Positions 16,469 through 18,754 of a DNA stretch of 18,754 bases are shown one piece after another. The notes under the pieces were generated by a model that did no database searches, was not told where the DNA came from, and was given only the letters and a program-made list of their open reading frames with translations. Source of the DNA: Chthoniobacteraceae bacterium (GTDB lineage: Bacteria; Verrucomicrobiota; Verrucomicrobiia; Chthoniobacterales; Chthoniobacteraceae); contig JANNWY010000151.1 in assembly GCA_031409335.1 (NCBI GenBank), forward strand, positions 1 to 18,754, read 5' to 3'. The position numbers and the translations under genes were made by a program. The first letter of the stretch is position 1, and each line of letters starts with the position of its first letter.

Positions 16469-16747
16469 AAATCGGAAATCGAACAAACCAAGTTTCAAGG
16501 GCGACCGGCGGTTTCTCGGAGAGTGCTTGTTTCGTCGCAGATGGTCCAGAAAGTCATGCCTGGCACGGAACGCTTTTTTCGCGTTGCGATCATGTGAGTC
16601 GCAAAATTGAGAGAAGCTGCCCGAAATGGAATGCAAATGCGATTTTTTGCCGAGACCGGACGGCATGGATAGTCTGCGTGACTTTGGAGCAGGCAGCTTT
16701 GCAAAGCTGCTCCGTATGCGGAGCCACTTTCGTCGAAGGAGTTCCCT

Positions 16748-16775
16748 AGTTTTGCGCCCGGAAAGGCGCAAAACT
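16748..16775. promoter_or_regulatory. Perfect 11-bp inverted repeat directly before the XRE gene 1 start
   Basis: AGTTTTGCGCC-CGGAAA-GGCGCAAAACT, then C and TTG at 16777. Confidence 0.6.
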
Positions 16776-16776
16776 C

Positions 16777-17055
16777 TTGAAATATTACAACATCATCGGG
16801 CCTCAAGTGAGGCGAATTCGATACGCTCGCCAATGGTCTCAATCGAAATTGGCGGGGAAATTGCAACGCGCGGGCTGGGATATTTCCCGAAGCGGCGTTT
16901 CTAAAATCGAAGCTCGCTTGAAGTTCGTTTTGGACTTTGAACTCGAATACCTCGTGGAAGTGCTGCGCGTCGAGTTGAAGGAGCTTTTCCCGGCTCATGT
17001 AGCGGGGGAGCCGGCGTATGATCGTCTCGCGCGATTGATGAACAACCGGCTCTGA
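16777..17055 (+). CDS. XRE/Cro-C1 family helix-turn-helix regulator 1
   Basis: NIIGPQVRRIR...WSQSKLA..LQ..GWDISRSGVSKIE HTH pattern; TTG start. Confidence 0.85.
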   Translation: MKYYNIIGPQVRRIRYARQWSQSKLAGKLQRAGWDISRSGVSKIEARLKFVLDFELEYLVEVLRVELKELFPAHVAGEPAYDRLARLMNNRL

Positions 17056-17168
17056 GGCTTGTAGCAGATCAGAGCACGCCACCTCACTGCACAAGACTGC
17101 TGCATCCATCCCATATGGAATGAAAAAGCGTCGCGCCCGCGCCTGACGTTGGATATTCACCGGGTGGA

Positions 17169-17534
17169 ATGGCTGGCAGTCCACCGTTCAAGAACCTCAT
17201 GAAATCGCCAACGCCAGAATCGTCTTTCAAGCTCATCGAAGCCGTGGAGGCGCTTTTGCGGTGTCCCGAGTTGCAACGGGAGGATGTGCCCGAATCGACG
17301 CACCAACTCATCGAGGGAGTGCTCGAAACCGCAGGGCAGATGAAGCGGGAATGCGCGTTCCCGGAGCGCAAGGAAATCATTGAGTTCTTCGCCCAACGAT
17401 TCGCGGAAGAAAGTCGAGAGACGCTGGTAAAGCGGGTCGTCGCGCTGGTGGGAACGCTGTCCAATGAAGAACTATATTCGAGCTACGAGGAGGCTCGTGA
17501 ACTGGATCGCAGTCGCGAGCAAAAGGAGGAGTAA
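17169..17534 (+). CDS. Hypothetical protein (acidic, predicted helical)
   Basis: 121-aa ORF with plausible composition, co-oriented between the two XRE genes. Alternative ATG at 17199. No motif recognised. Confidence 0.5.
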   Translation: MAGSPPFKNLMKSPTPESSFKLIEAVEALLRCPELQREDVPESTHQLIEGVLETAGQMKRECAFPERKEIIEFFAQRFAEESRETLVKRVVALVGTLSNEELYSSYEEARELDRSREQKEE

Positions 17535-17635
17535 GTTTTAATTCGCAGGTCGTTTCTGCGGGCCTGAAAAGGCAGAAATCCACCGGGGATGTAAGTCGTT
17601 TTGACGGAGGCGGAGCGCGGCGACGCGGTTTTTGA

Positions 17636-17656
17636 ATCCATGCCGCCGGCATGGAT
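17636..17656. promoter_or_regulatory. 21-bp palindrome overlapping the XRE gene 2 start codon
   Basis: ATCCATGCCG-C-CGGCATGGAT. Confidence 0.55.
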
Positions 17657-17956
17657 CACAAGAATGTTGTCGGAAGGGAGGTAGGACGGATCAGGGACAA
17701 TCGCGGCTGGTCGCAGGCGGATTTGGCGAGGGAGCTTCAGAAATCCGGCTGGGACATCAGTAGGAGTGAGGTCTCTAAAATTGAGATGCGAATCCGCGAA
17801 GTGAAGGACTGGCAGATGATGCTTCTGGTGCGCGTCCTGCAAACTCCGCACGAATCTTTCTACCCTCTCCTCGATCCAAAAAAGACCCTTCGTGACGCCT
17901 TCGCTGAGACAATGATGAAGAAGCCGCAACGATCCGTCGCTTCGCTTGTCGAGTGA
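17651..17956 (+). CDS. XRE/Cro-C1 family helix-turn-helix regulator 2
   Basis: NVVGREVGRIR...WSQADLA..LQ..GWDISRSEVSKIE; 34/68 residues identical to regulator 1 by manual alignment. Confidence 0.85.
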   Translation: MDHKNVVGREVGRIRDNRGWSQADLARELQKSGWDISRSEVSKIEMRIREVKDWQMMLLVRVLQTPHESFYPLLDPKKTLRDAFAETMMKKPQRSVASLVE

Positions 17957-17984
17957 GCGGAACGGTGCTGCGCGCCAATCGCCA

Positions 17985-18278
17985 CTACCAATCTTCGCGC
18001 TCGCGCCGTGGCGGCGGAGGCGGCGCGGGCTGCTGGTGATCGAAGCAATACTGCTCGGCCTGCCAATACTCATGCTCGGTTTGCGGCGGGGGCGGAGGGA
18101 CAAATAATGGCGTTTGACGAGGGCGCGAATCGGGAAAATGCGGTGGCGGTTCTTGGCGCGGACTGGATCGGTGTGATCTAAAAATCCGAGCGACTACTCG
18201 GAACAAAAGGAAGATGCCGCCGAGAAAAATAAATACCACGGCGAACGCATAGGCAGCGATGAAATGTGGTGGGTGCAT
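17985..18278 (-). CDS. Small single-pass membrane protein with proline-rich tail (hypothetical)
   Basis: Hydrophobic FIAAYAFAVVFIFLGGIFLLF followed by basic residues and PPP/PPPPP runs. ATG 18278 is preferred over 18341. Confidence 0.5.
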   Translation of the reverse strand: MHPPHFIAAYAFAVVFIFLGGIFLLFRVVARIFRSHRSSPRQEPPPHFPDSRPRQTPLFVPPPPPQTEHEYWQAEQYCFDHQQPAPPPPPRREREDW

Positions 18279-18475
18279 CGTTCTCGAAAAGCTTGTGCGA
18301 TATTGGCCGCAAAGGCTCATGCACGCAAGATCGCGCTGCATGTTTCAATGCGAAACACCGCGCGCGAATCGGTTGTTCTGGCGATGGCAACCGGAGCAGC
18401 GAGGCCCTCCCGAAAAAGGGCCGGCTCTAGCTGCGGAGGTTGTGAGTAACCGCGGCGGAAGGCGGGCGCAGTTAT

Positions 18476-18754
18476 TCAAATCGCCGGAAGCAACCGGCTC
18501 AAACCACGGGAGCTTTTCTCAGGTATCATCGCTCTCAGCGGCACCCTCTTTTCCGGCACCCATGATGGCAGCAAGCGTGGCGCGGGGATGCTGTTTCGCG
18601 TGCTCGCGGAAAGCTCCTTCACGATCTGGATGTAATCCTTAAGCGGCTTAGAGGGATTGTCCGCACGCCAGGCGATGGTCGATTCGCGGCGGAGCGGCGG
18701 GGAGAGCGGGCGAAAGACCACGCCCTCGAGCGGCAGTCTGGTGATTTGCTCGGG
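18476..18754 (-). CDS. LysR family transcriptional regulator, C-terminal fragment (5' end outside window)
   Basis: The frame is open from the window edge: PEQITRLPLEGVVFRPL...IAWRADNPSKPLKDYI, typical of the end of a LysR substrate-binding domain. Confidence 0.7.
   Translation of the reverse strand, partial: PEQITRLPLEGVVFRPLSPPLRRESTIAWRADNPSKPLKDYIQIVKELSASTRNSIPAPRLLPSWVPEKRVPLRAMIPEKSSRGLSRLLPAI

Noticed and set aside
16561..16576. TGGCACG as a sigma-54 promoter
   Set aside because: The GC lies at N8, not the required N10.
16070..17184. ORFs 16070-16771 and 16495-17184 (-) as integrase remnants
   Set aside because: No tyrosine- or serine-recombinase motifs. They run across the att repeats or lie antisense to XRE 1.
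1..18754. CRISPR array or IS element
   Set aside because: No regularly spaced repeats, cas genes or transposase motifs were seen.

Overview
The window holds the 3' part of a Fic-family gene, a ~15 kb glycan biosynthesis/modification locus, and a small regulatory region. The locus consists of two convergent operons. The + operon encodes a CBM9/DUF5916-type outer-membrane protein, a GT4, a GNAT, a PIG-L deacetylase, two paralogous PP-loop/Cys-cluster proteins, a polysaccharide pyruvyltransferase and an atypical GT-B protein. The - operon encodes a clan GH-A hydrolase-GT2 fusion split by an in-frame TAA, followed by an ABC exporter. To the right are two paralogous XRE-type HTH genes, two small hypothetical genes and the 3' end of a LysR gene. 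The main unannotated signal is a pair of 25-bp direct repeats (929-953 and 16296-16320, 22/25 identical) bracketing the whole locus. On the - strand they read like the T-loop/acceptor 3' end of an alanine-identity RNA (tmRNA or tRNA-Ala). The 10-mer ATTTGTGACA lies exactly 51 bp left of each repeat, and no integrase is encoded between them. I infer an integrase-less island in a tandem array of att-bounded cassettes. Each operon also has a candidate sigma-54 promoter. All family assignments come from motifs read by eye; no searches were run.
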